Assembly: GCA_029862065.1 (NCBI GenBank)
Contig: JAOTYB010000003.1
Coordinates: 1-39,986 of the forward strand
DNA from: Acidimicrobiia bacterium
GTDB taxonomy: Bacteria; Actinomycetota; Acidimicrobiia; Spongiisociales; SHLN01
Direction: 5' to 3'
Length of the DNA: 39,986 nucleotides
Shown: piece after piece, positions 1 to 8,816 of the stretch
Layout of the letters: every line of letters starts with the position of its first letter
Position numbering within the stretch: the first letter of the stretch is position 1
Position numbers and translations under genes: made by a program
The notes under the pieces: generated by a model
Told to the model about the DNA's origin: nothing
Databases searched by the model: none
What the model saw: only the letters and a program-made list of their open reading frames with translations

Positions 1-307
1 CGTACTGGCAATTCCCGGGGTTCGAGAGGCGGTGGCAGCTGCCGATCGGGTCGTGGCGATTAGCCCCCTCTTTGCCGGCAAGGCTCTCAAGGGCCCGGCC
101 GACCGGGTAATGGCCACCCTGGGCCTGGCACCCGGCAATCAGGGGGTGGCCGATGCCTACGCCGGTCTCCTTACCGACCTCGTCGTGGATGCAGAGGATG
201 CGGACGAGAAGGTTGCCGCCGACGCCACTATTCATGCTCTCGATACCCGCATCGCTAATCCGGAGCGGGCCGCCCGGTTCGCTCGCGCCATCGTTGAGCT
301 GCCGTGA
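1..307 (+). CDS. cofD: 2-phospho-L-lactate transferase CofD, C-terminal part (5' end outside the window)
   Basis: Frame is open from base 2 (VLAIPGVREAV...). Contains VVAISPLFAGKALKGPADRVM and GVADAYAGLLTDLVVD, typical of the CofD C-terminus; overlaps the cofE start (GTGA). Confidence 0.9.
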   Translation, partial: VLAIPGVREAVAAADRVVAISPLFAGKALKGPADRVMATLGLAPGNQGVADAYAGLLTDLVVDAEDADEKVAADATIHALDTRIANPERAARFARAIVELP

Positions 308-996
308 TCGAACTTCACCCCCTTCCCGGCATCCCCGAGATCGAAAGCGGGGCCGACCTGGCCGCCGAGATCATGGCCGGGTGCGAGCGGGCCGCCCTCC
401 ACCTCACCGACGGTGACATCGTCGTGGTCACGCACAAGATCGTCTCAAAGGCCGAAGGGCGAACCGTCCGGGTATTGACCGACGCCGACTATCGGGCGGT
501 CATCGCCGAGGAGGCGGTCGACATCATCCGACGCCGCGGAGACCTTGTGATAACCCGTACGCGCCATGGCTTTGTGTGCGCAAATGCTGCGGTTGACCGG
601 TCAAACACACCCGAGGGAGTAGCCGTCCTGCTGCCGGTCGACCCGGATGGTTCGGCGCACAACCTCCGGCTAGCTCTGGAACGGGCTACGGGAGCCAAGC
701 TGGGCGTGCTGATAACCGACACGTTCGGCCGGGCATGGCGTCGGGGCCAAACCGACGTCGCCATCGGGATGTCGGGAGTGATCGCGGTCCTCGACCTTCG
801 GGGTACCACCGACACGGAAGGTCGCGAGCTCATGGCAACCGAGGTGGCCGTCGCCGATGAGCTGGCGGGAGCAGCCGACCTGGTAATGGGCAAGGCGACC
901 GCTGTCCCCGTCGCCATAGTGCGAGGAGCCAACCTCCTGGGCGAAGGCCGGGGAGACGATCTGGTCCGTGACCCCCAGGAAGATCTGTTTCTCTGA
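304..996 (+). CDS. cofE: coenzyme F420-0:L-glutamate ligase
   Basis: Motifs GIPEI..GADLA, DIVVVTHKIVSKAEGR, GFVCANAAVDRSN, ITDTFGRAWRRGQTDVAIG, ADELAGAADLVMGK and terminal DLF. Confidence 0.95.
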   Translation: MIELHPLPGIPEIESGADLAAEIMAGCERAALHLTDGDIVVVTHKIVSKAEGRTVRVLTDADYRAVIAEEAVDIIRRRGDLVITRTRHGFVCANAAVDRSNTPEGVAVLLPVDPDGSAHNLRLALERATGAKLGVLITDTFGRAWRRGQTDVAIGMSGVIAVLDLRGTTDTEGRELMATEVAVADELAGAADLVMGKATAVPVAIVRGANLLGEGRGDDLVRDPQEDLFL

Positions 997-1074
997 GTTG
1001 ACAGTTAACAGTCAACAGGCAACAGGCAACCCGCGCTTGACGCTTTCTGACTATGAACTGCCAACTGTGAACTC
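995..1074. terminator. imperfect hairpin built from 7-bp repeats between convergent cofE and epimerase genes; possible bidirectional terminator
   Basis: Left arm GTTGACA GTTAACA GTCAACA GGCAACA GGCAACC (997-1031); right arm TGAACTG CCAACTG TGAACTC (1054-1074) is approximately its reverse complement. Confidence 0.5.
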
Positions 1075-2008
1075 ATTCCCTAAACGAGTCCACCGTCTTG
1101 GCGATGCCGGTCTCCAGGTCGGTCCAGGGCTCCCAGCCGAGGTGCTTTTTGGCGGCGGCGGCGTTAATGACTGAACGGTTGAGGTCTCCATCCTTGGCTG
1201 GGCCGTGTTCGGGTGAACCGTCGTATCCGGCGGCCCGGGCGATATGACCGTACAGCTCGTTGACCGTGGTGGGGATGCCGGTGCCGATGTTGAGGCGAAT
1301 AGGCCCGCCGATCTCCCCGGCCCGGGCAAAGGCATCAACAATGTCTTCAACGAACACGTAATCACGAGCTTGCTCACCGTCACCGTTAATCACCGGGCGC
1401 CTGCCATCCAGCATGAGCCGGGAGAAAATCGCCACCACTCCCGCCTCGCCATGGGGGTCCTGACGCGGTCCGTACACATTGCCGAGGGCGAGGATGACGT
1501 AGTCGATCCCTGAGTGCTGTTCGAAGTATCGAAAATAATCCTCGACGATCTTCTTTGATATGCCGTACGGCGAATCGGGAAGAGCCGGATAGTCCTCGGC
1601 GGCCGGCTTGCGCGGCACTTCCCCGAACATCGCTCCCCCCGAGGAGGCAAACACGATTCTCTGCGTGCCCGCTTCGGTCGCCGCCAGCTGGACGTTGAGC
1701 GTGCCCAGCACGTTCACCTCAGCATCGAACATCGGGTCTTCGACCGATGGACGCACCCCTGACTGAGCGGCCAGGTGATGGATGACGTCAGGCTCAAATC
1801 GGCGCACTGCCTGGCGGAACTCGTCGGTCCGGATGTCGAGCTGGTGGAAGTGGACCGAGCCAAGGCGGCGGGCGTCCGCCAATCGGTCGAGGTGACCCGT
1901 GGAGAGGTCGTCGACGGCCAGCACTTCCCAATCATCATCGACGAGGCGATCAACCAAGTGGGATCCGATGAAACCGGCTCCTCCCGTCACCAATGCTTTG
2001 CCGCTCAT
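1073..2008 (-). CDS. NAD-dependent epimerase/dehydratase (UDP-glucose 4-epimerase-like extended SDR)
   Basis: TGGAGFIGSH Rossmann motif, HLAAQ, SSGGA, YGISK (YxxxK) and NVYGPRQDPHGEAGVVAIF. Confidence 0.9.
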   Translation of the reverse strand: MSGKALVTGGAGFIGSHLVDRLVDDDWEVLAVDDLSTGHLDRLADARRLGSVHFHQLDIRTDEFRQAVRRFEPDVIHHLAAQSGVRPSVEDPMFDAEVNVLGTLNVQLAATEAGTQRIVFASSGGAMFGEVPRKPAAEDYPALPDSPYGISKKIVEDYFRYFEQHSGIDYVILALGNVYGPRQDPHGEAGVVAIFSRLMLDGRRPVINGDGEQARDYVFVEDIVDAFARAGEIGGPIRLNIGTGIPTTVNELYGHIARAAGYDGSPEHGPAKDGDLNRSVINAAAAKKHLGWEPWTDLETGIAKTVDSFRE

Positions 2009-2051
2009 GGGGTCCCTTCTTCGTGCCTCGCCCGGCAGATCCTATCGGCGG

Positions 2052-3059
2052 TCATTCGGGTGGCGCGAAGGTGATCGATCCGGCAGGAAGCACCGATCCA
2101 GGGGCCACACGGGCACCATTGTCGAGCTCGCAGCCAGAGGAAACGACGGCTCCCTCGCCGACGAGAGTTGCGCCGCCAACGATCGCTCCCGATTCGATGC
2201 GGGCCCCCGGGCCGATAACCGCTCGGCGGACGGTGGCGCCGGCCTCAACGGTGGCACCGGCGAGCACGACCGCCTCGGAGACCTCAGCCCCATCCCCGAT
2301 CGTGGCGGTCGGGTCGACCCACACCCACGGCTCTGTCTTCTGAGGAAACTGAACGAGTCGCGACCGGCCGGCGGCAACCGCGTCATGGGTGTCCAGGTAC
2401 AACTCGTTGGTCCCGATATCGAGCCACACGCCCTCGATCACGACGCCGCCCAAGTGCCCGGCTTCGACCAGCTCCGGGAACACCGCCCGCTCGAAGGAGA
2501 GCCGGCCCTGCGGATAGCCCTCCAAGACCTCCCGCTTCATGAGGTACATGCCGGCATTCACCGTATCGGTGGGAGCCGTCCCGGCCGGCGGCTTTTCGAT
2601 GAACCGCTCAACCACGCCCTCGGGCGATGTCACAACGACGCCGTAGGCACTTGTGTCCTCCACTCGCACCAGTGCCAGGACCGCCGGCAGGTCGGGCGCA
2701 TTCGCGACGAACTCTGTGAGCTGGCCCTCCAGAACCACATCACCGTTCAATACGAGAAATCGCTCGTCGAGTCGATCGAGGGCGGCCGCTACCGGCCCGG
2801 CGGTGTCGAGCCGTGTCCGTTCGACCGACACCACCACGTGGGGCGTTGCGACCGACTCGGCGTATTCGCGCCACTCGCTCTCGTGATCGGTTCCGACAGC
2901 CAGAATCACCTCTTCCACCCCTACCTCGGCGAGGAGGCGGAACTGGAGCTCAATGAACGGCACACCAGCCACGGGAAGCAAGCCCTTGGGCATCGATTCT
3001 GTGAGGGGCCATACCCGCGTGCCTCGGCCGCCGACGAGTAGCACGGCCTGGCGAATCAT
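2052..3059 (-). CDS. NDP-sugar pyrophosphorylase (mannose-1-phosphate guanylyltransferase-like) with C-terminal hexapeptide repeats
   Basis: LLVGGRGTRVWPLT..PK, LDTAG, LNGD, FIEKP, NAGMY, WLDIGT, followed by a left-handed beta-helix repeat region. Confidence 0.88.
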   Translation of the reverse strand: MIRQAVLLVGGRGTRVWPLTESMPKGLLPVAGVPFIELQFRLLAEVGVEEVILAVGTDHESEWREYAESVATPHVVVSVERTRLDTAGPVAAALDRLDERFLVLNGDVVLEGQLTEFVANAPDLPAVLALVRVEDTSAYGVVVTSPEGVVERFIEKPPAGTAPTDTVNAGMYLMKREVLEGYPQGRLSFERAVFPELVEAGHLGGVVIEGVWLDIGTNELYLDTHDAVAAGRSRLVQFPQKTEPWVWVDPTATIGDGAEVSEAVVLAGATVEAGATVRRAVIGPGARIESGAIVGGATLVGEGAVVSSGCELDNGARVAPGSVLPAGSITFAPPE

Positions 3060-3769
3060 TTGAGAATCGCCGACTTGGCCGACAGGCGGACCCGCAACAG
3101 CATCAGGAGCGCCGGGAAGCCGTCACGCCACGAGATCTTCTTCCCCTCGTGGACCTCGCGGCCGGCGTAGGTAATGGGAACCTCCCAGATGCGCACCCCC
3201 AAGCGCAAAGCCTTGGCCGTCACCTCCGGTTCGAAGTCGAATCGGTTGGCCGACAGATTCAAAGATCGCAGGAGGTCGCCGTCGAACATCTTGTAACAGG
3301 TCTCCATATCCGACAGGGTGGTGTTGAACAAGACATTGGTCATGAGGCTGAGGAAGCGGTTGCCCACCCAGTGCCAGAAGAACATGTTGCGACGCTCGCC
3401 GGTGAACCGCGATCCGTACACCACCCGAGCCTGGCCCTCCTGGAGCGGACGGAGCATTCGAGCGAGATCGCGCGGATCGTATTCAAGATCAGCGTCCTGC
3501 ACGACGATGAGGTCTCCCCGAGCTTCCTCGATGCCCCGGCGCACCGCCGCTCCCTTGCCCCGATTGTCCGGATAGGACACCATCCGCACCGTCGAGTCGG
3601 CCAGTCGTTTGATGATGTCGGCGGTGCCGTCTTGAGAGCCGTCGTCGATGATGATGATCTCGCGCTCGATGCCGAGCGGGGCCTCCCGCAATCGCCGAAT
3701 CGCCTCACCCACCGTGTTCCGTTCGTTGAACACGGGAACAATGATGGAAAGCAGCTGGTAGTCAGCCAT
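3056..3769 (-). CDS. GT2 glycosyltransferase, DPM1/polyprenol-phosphate sugar synthase-like
   Basis: IVPVFNE, DDGSQDGT, NRGKGAA, QDADLEYDP, VYGSRF, DMETCYK, EGKKISWRDG. Confidence 0.9.
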   Translation of the reverse strand: MADYQLLSIIVPVFNERNTVGEAIRRLREAPLGIEREIIIIDDGSQDGTADIIKRLADSTVRMVSYPDNRGKGAAVRRGIEEARGDLIVVQDADLEYDPRDLARMLRPLQEGQARVVYGSRFTGERRNMFFWHWVGNRFLSLMTNVLFNTTLSDMETCYKMFDGDLLRSLNLSANRFDFEPEVTAKALRLGVRIWEVPITYAGREVHEGKKISWRDGFPALLMLLRVRLSAKSAILK

Positions 3770-4685
3770 CGATCAAGGAACGGAAATAGTCGACGGTGGG
3801 GGGCAGTCCTTCCGCCAAACCGACGGTCGGCTCCCACCCCAGGTGATGACGGGCTCGGCCGATGTCCGGCTGACGGCGGGCGGGGTCGGATTCAGGGAGC
3901 GGGAGATAGTCAATTCCCGTCTCGGCTATGGACTGCGCGATTGTGGTGGCGAGCTCCTTCATCGAGAGCTCTTCGGGGTTGCCGATGTTGACCGGGTCGG
4001 TGACGTCGCTGTTGGAGAGCCGCCACATCCCCTCAATGAGGTCGTCGACGTAGCAAAAGGATCGCGTCTGGGTTCCGTCGCCGTAGATCGTGAGCCGCTC
4101 ACCGGCCAGCGCCTGGTTGATGAAGTTGGAGACCACCCGACCGTCGTCTGGCGCCATTCCCGGCCCGTAGGTGTTGAAGATGCGAATGATCCGAGACTCC
4201 GGAACCAGGCCTTGCCGCTGATACGCATAAGTCAAGGCTTCGGCGTACCGCTTGGCCTCGTCATAGCAAGCACGAGTCGAGGTGACTTGGACCGAGCCGG
4301 TGTAGTCCTCGCGCTGGGGATGCTGGGTCGGATCGCCGTACACCTCGCTGGTCGAAGCGAGCAGGAATCGGGCACCTTGAGCAGCCGCCAGGTCGAGCAT
4401 GGCCCGGGTGCCTTCCCCACCGGTGCGGAGCGTTCCGATCGGGTCCAACAAGTAACGAGGCGGCGACGCCGGCGAGGCCAGGTGGTAGATCCGATCGAAA
4501 GAACCCGGAAGCTCCGGAGGGTCCACGACGGAGCCCTCAACAAACGTCGCGCCGTCGGCCGGGCCGAGTGGGCTGGGGCTCGACAGGTTGTCGAGCACGA
4601 CGACTTCCCAACCCTCGTCGAGGAGCCGAAGAGACAAATTCCGCCCGAGGAATCCCGCCCCACCCGTTACGAGGGCTCGACTCAT
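3762..4685 (-). CDS. UDP-glucuronic acid decarboxylase (UDP-xylose synthase) family
   Basis: Start reassigned to ATG 4685 (MSRALVTGGAGFLG), which overlaps the ugd stop. HLASPASP, ASTSEVYGDP, RACYDEAKR and RIFNTYGP..DDGRVVSNF are UXS hallmarks. Confidence 0.9.
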   Translation of the reverse strand: MSRALVTGGAGFLGRNLSLRLLDEGWEVVVLDNLSSPSPLGPADGATFVEGSVVDPPELPGSFDRIYHLASPASPPRYLLDPIGTLRTGGEGTRAMLDLAAAQGARFLLASTSEVYGDPTQHPQREDYTGSVQVTSTRACYDEAKRYAEALTYAYQRQGLVPESRIIRIFNTYGPGMAPDDGRVVSNFINQALAGERLTIYGDGTQTRSFCYVDDLIEGMWRLSNSDVTDPVNIGNPEELSMKELATTIAQSIAETGIDYLPLPESDPARRQPDIGRARHHLGWEPTVGLAEGLPPTVDYFRSLIDG

Positions 4686-5944
4686 CGACCGATGCCTTCG
4701 TACCGCATCCCGAGGTGGCGGACGGCATCGGGGTCGAGCATGTTGCGGGCATCGATGACGATCGCAGTCTTCATTGCCTCCCGTACTGCTCTCAAGTCGA
4801 CGGATTGAAACTCTGGCCACTCCGTCGCTATGAGCAAAACATCGGCGTCCTTGACCGCCTGAATAGCGTCGTCAACCCGGATGACCCCGTTGACGTGGGC
4901 TGCCTCAGGGTCATAGGCCTGGACGGTGGCCCCGGCCGCCATCAGCGCATCGGCCAGGAAGACCGCAGGCGACTCGCGGATGTCGTCGGTGCCGGCCTTG
5001 AAAGCCAGACCCCACATCCCGACCGTGGCTCCGTCGAGGTCGACGGCCGCTCGTACTTTGTCGACCACCCGGTGGCGCTGGAGCTCATTGACTTCAATGA
5101 CGCCTCGCAGCAGTGAGAAGTCGTACCCGGCATCGTCGGCGATCGAGACCAGGGCACGAGTGTCCTTGGGGAAGCACGACCCGCCGTAGCCGGGACCGGG
5201 GTTGAGGAAGTGAAAGCCCACACGCCGGTCATAGCCCATGCCCAACAGCACATCCTTGACGTCGGCGCCGACTGACTCGCAGAGGTTGGCTATGGCATTG
5301 GCGAAGGTGATACGGGTGGCCAAGTAGGCGTTTGAGGCGTACTTGATCATCTCCGAGGAGGGCGGATCGGTGACCACCACCGGTGCTTGCAGGGCTTGGT
5401 ACAGCTCGAGCATCACCTCGGCTGCTTCCTGGCTGCGAGTCCCGATGACGATTCGGTCCGGGTGGAGGAAGTCGCCAACCGCGCTCCCCTCGCGCAGGAA
5501 CTCCGGATTGGAAATGACGGTTGCCCCCCGCCGGAACGTGTCGACGTGGTCCTGGAACCGGGCAACCGAGCCAACCGGCACGGTCGACTTCAGCACCAAA
5601 ACCGCGTTTTGCTGCAACACCGGGCCGATGTCGTCGAGCGCACCTTCGATGTAAGTGGTGTCGGCCGAACCGTCTTCGGCCGGCGGGGTGGGAAGGGCGA
5701 TGAACACTACGCGGGCACCCGCCACCGCCTCCTTGTTGTCGGCGTGAAAGGACATCAGCTTGTTGGCGATGCCCTCAGACAGGAGCTGTTCGAGGCCGGC
5801 CTCAAAAAAAGGGACCTGGCCGGCCTCCAGTGTCTTGAGCTTCTCGGAATCTCGCTCCCCGAGACGGACTGTGTGGCCGAGGTAGGCGAGACCGGCACCG
5901 GTGACCAGCCCAACGTATCCGGCGCCGATGACGGCAACTTGCAT
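4682..5944 (-). CDS. ugd: UDP-glucose 6-dehydrogenase
   Basis: GAGYVG, KSTVPVG, NPEFLREG, catalytic GYGGSCFPKD, GLAFKAGTDDIRESP, DARN. Confidence 0.95.
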   Translation of the reverse strand: MQVAVIGAGYVGLVTGAGLAYLGHTVRLGERDSEKLKTLEAGQVPFFEAGLEQLLSEGIANKLMSFHADNKEAVAGARVVFIALPTPPAEDGSADTTYIEGALDDIGPVLQQNAVLVLKSTVPVGSVARFQDHVDTFRRGATVISNPEFLREGSAVGDFLHPDRIVIGTRSQEAAEVMLELYQALQAPVVVTDPPSSEMIKYASNAYLATRITFANAIANLCESVGADVKDVLLGMGYDRRVGFHFLNPGPGYGGSCFPKDTRALVSIADDAGYDFSLLRGVIEVNELQRHRVVDKVRAAVDLDGATVGMWGLAFKAGTDDIRESPAVFLADALMAAGATVQAYDPEAAHVNGVIRVDDAIQAVKDADVLLIATEWPEFQSVDLRAVREAMKTAIVIDARNMLDPDAVRHLGMRYEGIGR

Positions 5945-5975
5945 GTGTAATAAGCCTCAGATAGGTGTACGAATT

Positions 5976-6023
5976 AAGTCGGCGTGCGCGGGCCTCGACT
6001 TGACCGCCTTCCACCATAAGGTA
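5976..6023 (-). promoter_or_regulatory. sigma-28-like promoter (TCAA-N16-GCCGACTT) plus an upstream TACCTT -10-like hexamer for the ugd operon
   Basis: Minus strand: TACCTT (6023-6018), TCAA (6003-6000), 16 nt, GCCGACTT (5983-5976). Resembles the sigma-28 consensus TAAA-N15/16-GCCGATAA. Confidence 0.55.
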
Positions 6024-6063
6024 GCGGGTGATGGCCACCGGCGCAGTAGGTCGAGCGACTCGC

Positions 6064-7362
6064 TCACTCCCCGAAGTCGGCGTCGGCACCGAGGAACACA
6101 ATGATGTCGACGCCGCCGGTGGTTGGATTGCCATCCTGCACCAAGCCGATCCCGATTTGGGCAACGAATGCATCGGCTGCGGCGATCTCGCCGGGGCGGG
6201 TTATCACCACGGTCTCGTCATACATCCGGTCGGCATTCCCGACCACAGCCACGACATGGCCAAGCGACTCGACAAGGTTCTTGAATTCCAGAGCGGCCCC
6301 GTTGCGGCCGTTTCCATTCCGTACCTCTATCCGCAAAGAGAACGCCGCATCTCCCGTCAGCGAGTTTCCCGCCCGGAAATCTTCCAACAACGCCGGCGCT
6401 TTTTCCGGATCGGGCCGAACATACGAGACCCCTTCGATGTTCTGAAAGTACACGGGGAGTGTGACCGCTTCGAGAGCGGCTGTGTCGAAGGACCGCATGT
6501 CCCAGGCCAGGTCGCGAAGCGTGTCGTAGTCGAGGCCGGCGTCGGTCTTCAGCTGCTCGCCGATTGCACCCACCAGCTCCCCCATGTCGAGGAGATTGGT
6601 CGGCCGCTTGGCTTCGTTGAGGATGGTGAACACCAGTTCTTGCTGGCGCTTGGTCCGGTCGAGATCGTCGCCGGGCACCCCCTGCCACTGGCCATCGACT
6701 AGCTCCTCGAGCGACCGGGCCCTGGCAAAGGAAAGAGCGGTTGGTCCGTCCATGTGGACAACACCGGCCGGCACGTTGAGGCCAGATTTGAGATCCCGGG
6801 TGGGGAGGGCAAAGAAGAAATCGATGCCATTCAGCTGGTCCACTATCGAAGAGAACCCCACGAAGTCAATCTCGACGTAGTGGTTGATCGAGACGCCGGC
6901 CACCGCCGAGGCCGCCTCGATCAACTGGTTCGGATCGCGGGCGTAGGTGGCGTTGAGCTTCTCACGGGATCCGTCGTCACGGATGACTAGTAAGTCGCGA
7001 GGGAGACTCACGAGCTGTGCGGTTTGCTTGGCCGGATCCAACCGGAACAGCATGATGACATCTGCCCGCTCACCTTCGAATTCGCCGAAGAACTCCAGGG
7101 ATCCGGTCAGGTTCTCGCAGGTGTCGCTCCCCACCAGCAAGAGGTACAAAGCCTTATCTGCTTCATCAACGGGCGCCACGAGCGCGGGCAGTTGCTCCTG
7201 AGGAATCTGTTCGATCGATCGATCGATCGCATCTTTGATGCCGTTGAGGTAGAAGAGCACGGCAAACACGACGACGTTGGCGAACAGAAGCAAGCCGATG
7301 AGGACCCGTTTCGTCACGACGCCAATTGGAAAGGGCACGGACGGTGCGGCAGAGCGCTGCAT
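6064..7362 (-). CDS. LCP (LytR/CpsA/Psr) glycopolymer-peptidoglycan ligase with C-terminal LytR_C domain
   Basis: N-terminal TM helix; LLVGSD, RADVIML, SLPRD, KLNATY, FARAR, DLDRTKRQQ; C-terminal EVRNGNGRNGAA...GNAD...DIIVFLGAD. Confidence 0.92.
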   Translation of the reverse strand: MQRSAAPSVPFPIGVVTKRVLIGLLLFANVVVFAVLFYLNGIKDAIDRSIEQIPQEQLPALVAPVDEADKALYLLLVGSDTCENLTGSLEFFGEFEGERADVIMLFRLDPAKQTAQLVSLPRDLLVIRDDGSREKLNATYARDPNQLIEAASAVAGVSINHYVEIDFVGFSSIVDQLNGIDFFFALPTRDLKSGLNVPAGVVHMDGPTALSFARARSLEELVDGQWQGVPGDDLDRTKRQQELVFTILNEAKRPTNLLDMGELVGAIGEQLKTDAGLDYDTLRDLAWDMRSFDTAALEAVTLPVYFQNIEGVSYVRPDPEKAPALLEDFRAGNSLTGDAAFSLRIEVRNGNGRNGAALEFKNLVESLGHVVAVVGNADRMYDETVVITRPGEIAAADAFVAQIGIGLVQDGNPTTGGVDIIVFLGADADFGE

Positions 7363-7404
7363 TTGGGCGAGGTTACTACCGACCCGGATTCAGTTACGGC
7401 AGGT

Positions 7405-8076
7405 TCAGCTTGCCAACACCTGCGTGAAGTGAGCGACCGTTCGATCGGCGACGTCCTCGGCGACCTCCCACTGGTAGTCGGAGGCCGCCTCGTCGATCAG
7501 CCCATGGCCCACTCCCCCGTAGAGAACCCATTCTCCGGAGCTGAGTTGTGCCTGGGTTCGGTTCCGGTCGGCCCCGTCGACGATGGCGTCTTCTTTGCCA
7601 AAAAAGCCAAGGAGCGGGATGGGCGGAGCCGACGGACCTTCGCTCACGACCGGAGAGATCAGGACAACTCCTCCCACCATGTCTGAGGTGGCGACAAAGC
7701 CGAGGGCCGCAGGAGCCGCCCGGTCCATAGCGAGCAGACCAACCGCCCCGGATTGCACCCACGGTGTATCCGTACTGGCGATCCAGTGGGAGGCGTCGGC
7801 TAGGACCGAGGCCACCGCCTGATCCGCCGGCCAGTCGCTCGTCCGGCCGCGATACAGGTCGGGACAGGCCACCGCCAACCCGTATCTGGCCAACCGGCGA
7901 GCAAAGGCCTTGACCGAAGCCGTCACTCCATCGTGGCCGTGGACGAGCAGGATGGTCGGGAACGAACCGGTGTGATCGGGCCGAGCGAGGTAGCCGCGAT
8001 TGTGTCGAAGGCCAGAGAAGATATCGGCGGCGCCATAGAGGATCTGGTGAGTGCCCTCGCCCTTCAACAGTGCCAT
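7405..8076 (-). CDS. dienelactone hydrolase-like alpha/beta hydrolase with an atypical nucleophile elbow
   Basis: GYLARP, ARRLARYGLAVACPDLY, GFFGKED and YGGVGHG match the DLH fold; the GxCxGG motif is replaced by AMDRAA. Confidence 0.75.
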   Translation of the reverse strand: MALLKGEGTHQILYGAADIFSGLRHNRGYLARPDHTGSFPTILLVHGHDGVTASVKAFARRLARYGLAVACPDLYRGRTSDWPADQAVASVLADASHWIASTDTPWVQSGAVGLLAMDRAAPAALGFVATSDMVGGVVLISPVVSEGPSAPPIPLLGFFGKEDAIVDGADRNRTQAQLSSGEWVLYGGVGHGLIDEAASDYQWEVAEDVADRTVAHFTQVLAS

Positions 8077-8093
8077 CGACGCCTTCCGCCTAA

Positions 8094-8783
8094 TCAGTCG
8101 GTGAGCGTAGTCGGGCGTACGGTGTGTACTTGGCCAGATCGCAGGACCTGGCGGCCGGTAGCCCCCTCCACCACCAAGCCCCCGGTGGCGTCGATCCCGA
8201 TGGCAGTGGCCGGGCCGCCTCCCTCCCAGGCAATCACCGATCCGATGGTGGCACTCACTTCTTCATACTCGGCGGGAAGGAAACCCTCGGGCCCGGCCGC
8301 CAGCTCCGCGAAGAGATCCTCGCACCATTGAGTTGCGATCCTCCGACCTGCCTCCGGCCCCGGATCGTCTCGGAAGAGGCCGGCCATCCCTTGCGGCGCA
8401 TCCGGCCAGTGCAGGTTGACTCCCATGCCCATCACCACCAGCTCTCCGGTCCTCTCGGCCAGCAAGCCCGCCACTTTCTCACCCGACTCGGTCAACACAT
8501 CGTTCGGCCACTTCAAGGCCACCGCCGGCCCCAGAACACGTTTGGCCGACAATCCGGCCACGAGTGTGATGAGCGGAACCTGGTCGACGGGCCACCATGT
8601 CTCGAAGGCCACGGATGTCGCCAGCGCCCGCGGAGCGCTAACCCATCCGGTCCCGCCCCGGCCCCGGCCGGCCTCCTGGGCTGTCGCAGTCACGAGGCAC
8701 GGACGTCCGTCAAACCGGGATCTCGCTTCGTCTTGAGTGGATGCCACACGTTCGAGGTGGTGGACAGCGTATTCTGTAGCCAA
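8094..8783 (-). CDS. birA: biotin--[acetyl-CoA-carboxylase] ligase (no N-terminal HTH)
   Basis: VASTQDEA, QEAGRGRGGTGW, LKWPNDV, KVAGLLAE, GMGVN. Start chosen at TTG 8783 behind a GGGAGG RBS; alternative ATG at 8816. Confidence 0.9.
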   Translation of the reverse strand: MATEYAVHHLERVASTQDEARSRFDGRPCLVTATAQEAGRGRGGTGWVSAPRALATSVAFETWWPVDQVPLITLVAGLSAKRVLGPAVALKWPNDVLTESGEKVAGLLAERTGELVVMGMGVNLHWPDAPQGMAGLFRDDPGPEAGRRIATQWCEDLFAELAAGPEGFLPAEYEEVSATIGSVIAWEGGGPATAIGIDATGGLVVEGATGRQVLRSGQVHTVRPTTLTD

Positions 8784-8816
8784 ATCAGACCTCCCAGGGT
8801 CTAAGGACGACAGCAT

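Noticed and set aside
5804-5813. T7 run / C-CCT-TTT slippery heptamer in ugd
   Set aside because: The frame is intact, it encodes an ordinary P-F-F-E segment, the run is short for phase variation, and no alternative-frame product is evident.
5950-6063. Possible tRNA or riboswitch upstream of ugd
   Set aside because: No cloverleaf or T-loop (GTTCRA) and no recognisable aptamer; better explained as promoter sequence.
7212-7229. (GATC)4 palindrome in the LCP gene
   Set aside because: In-frame coding sequence (AIDRSIE); single occurrence with no further support.
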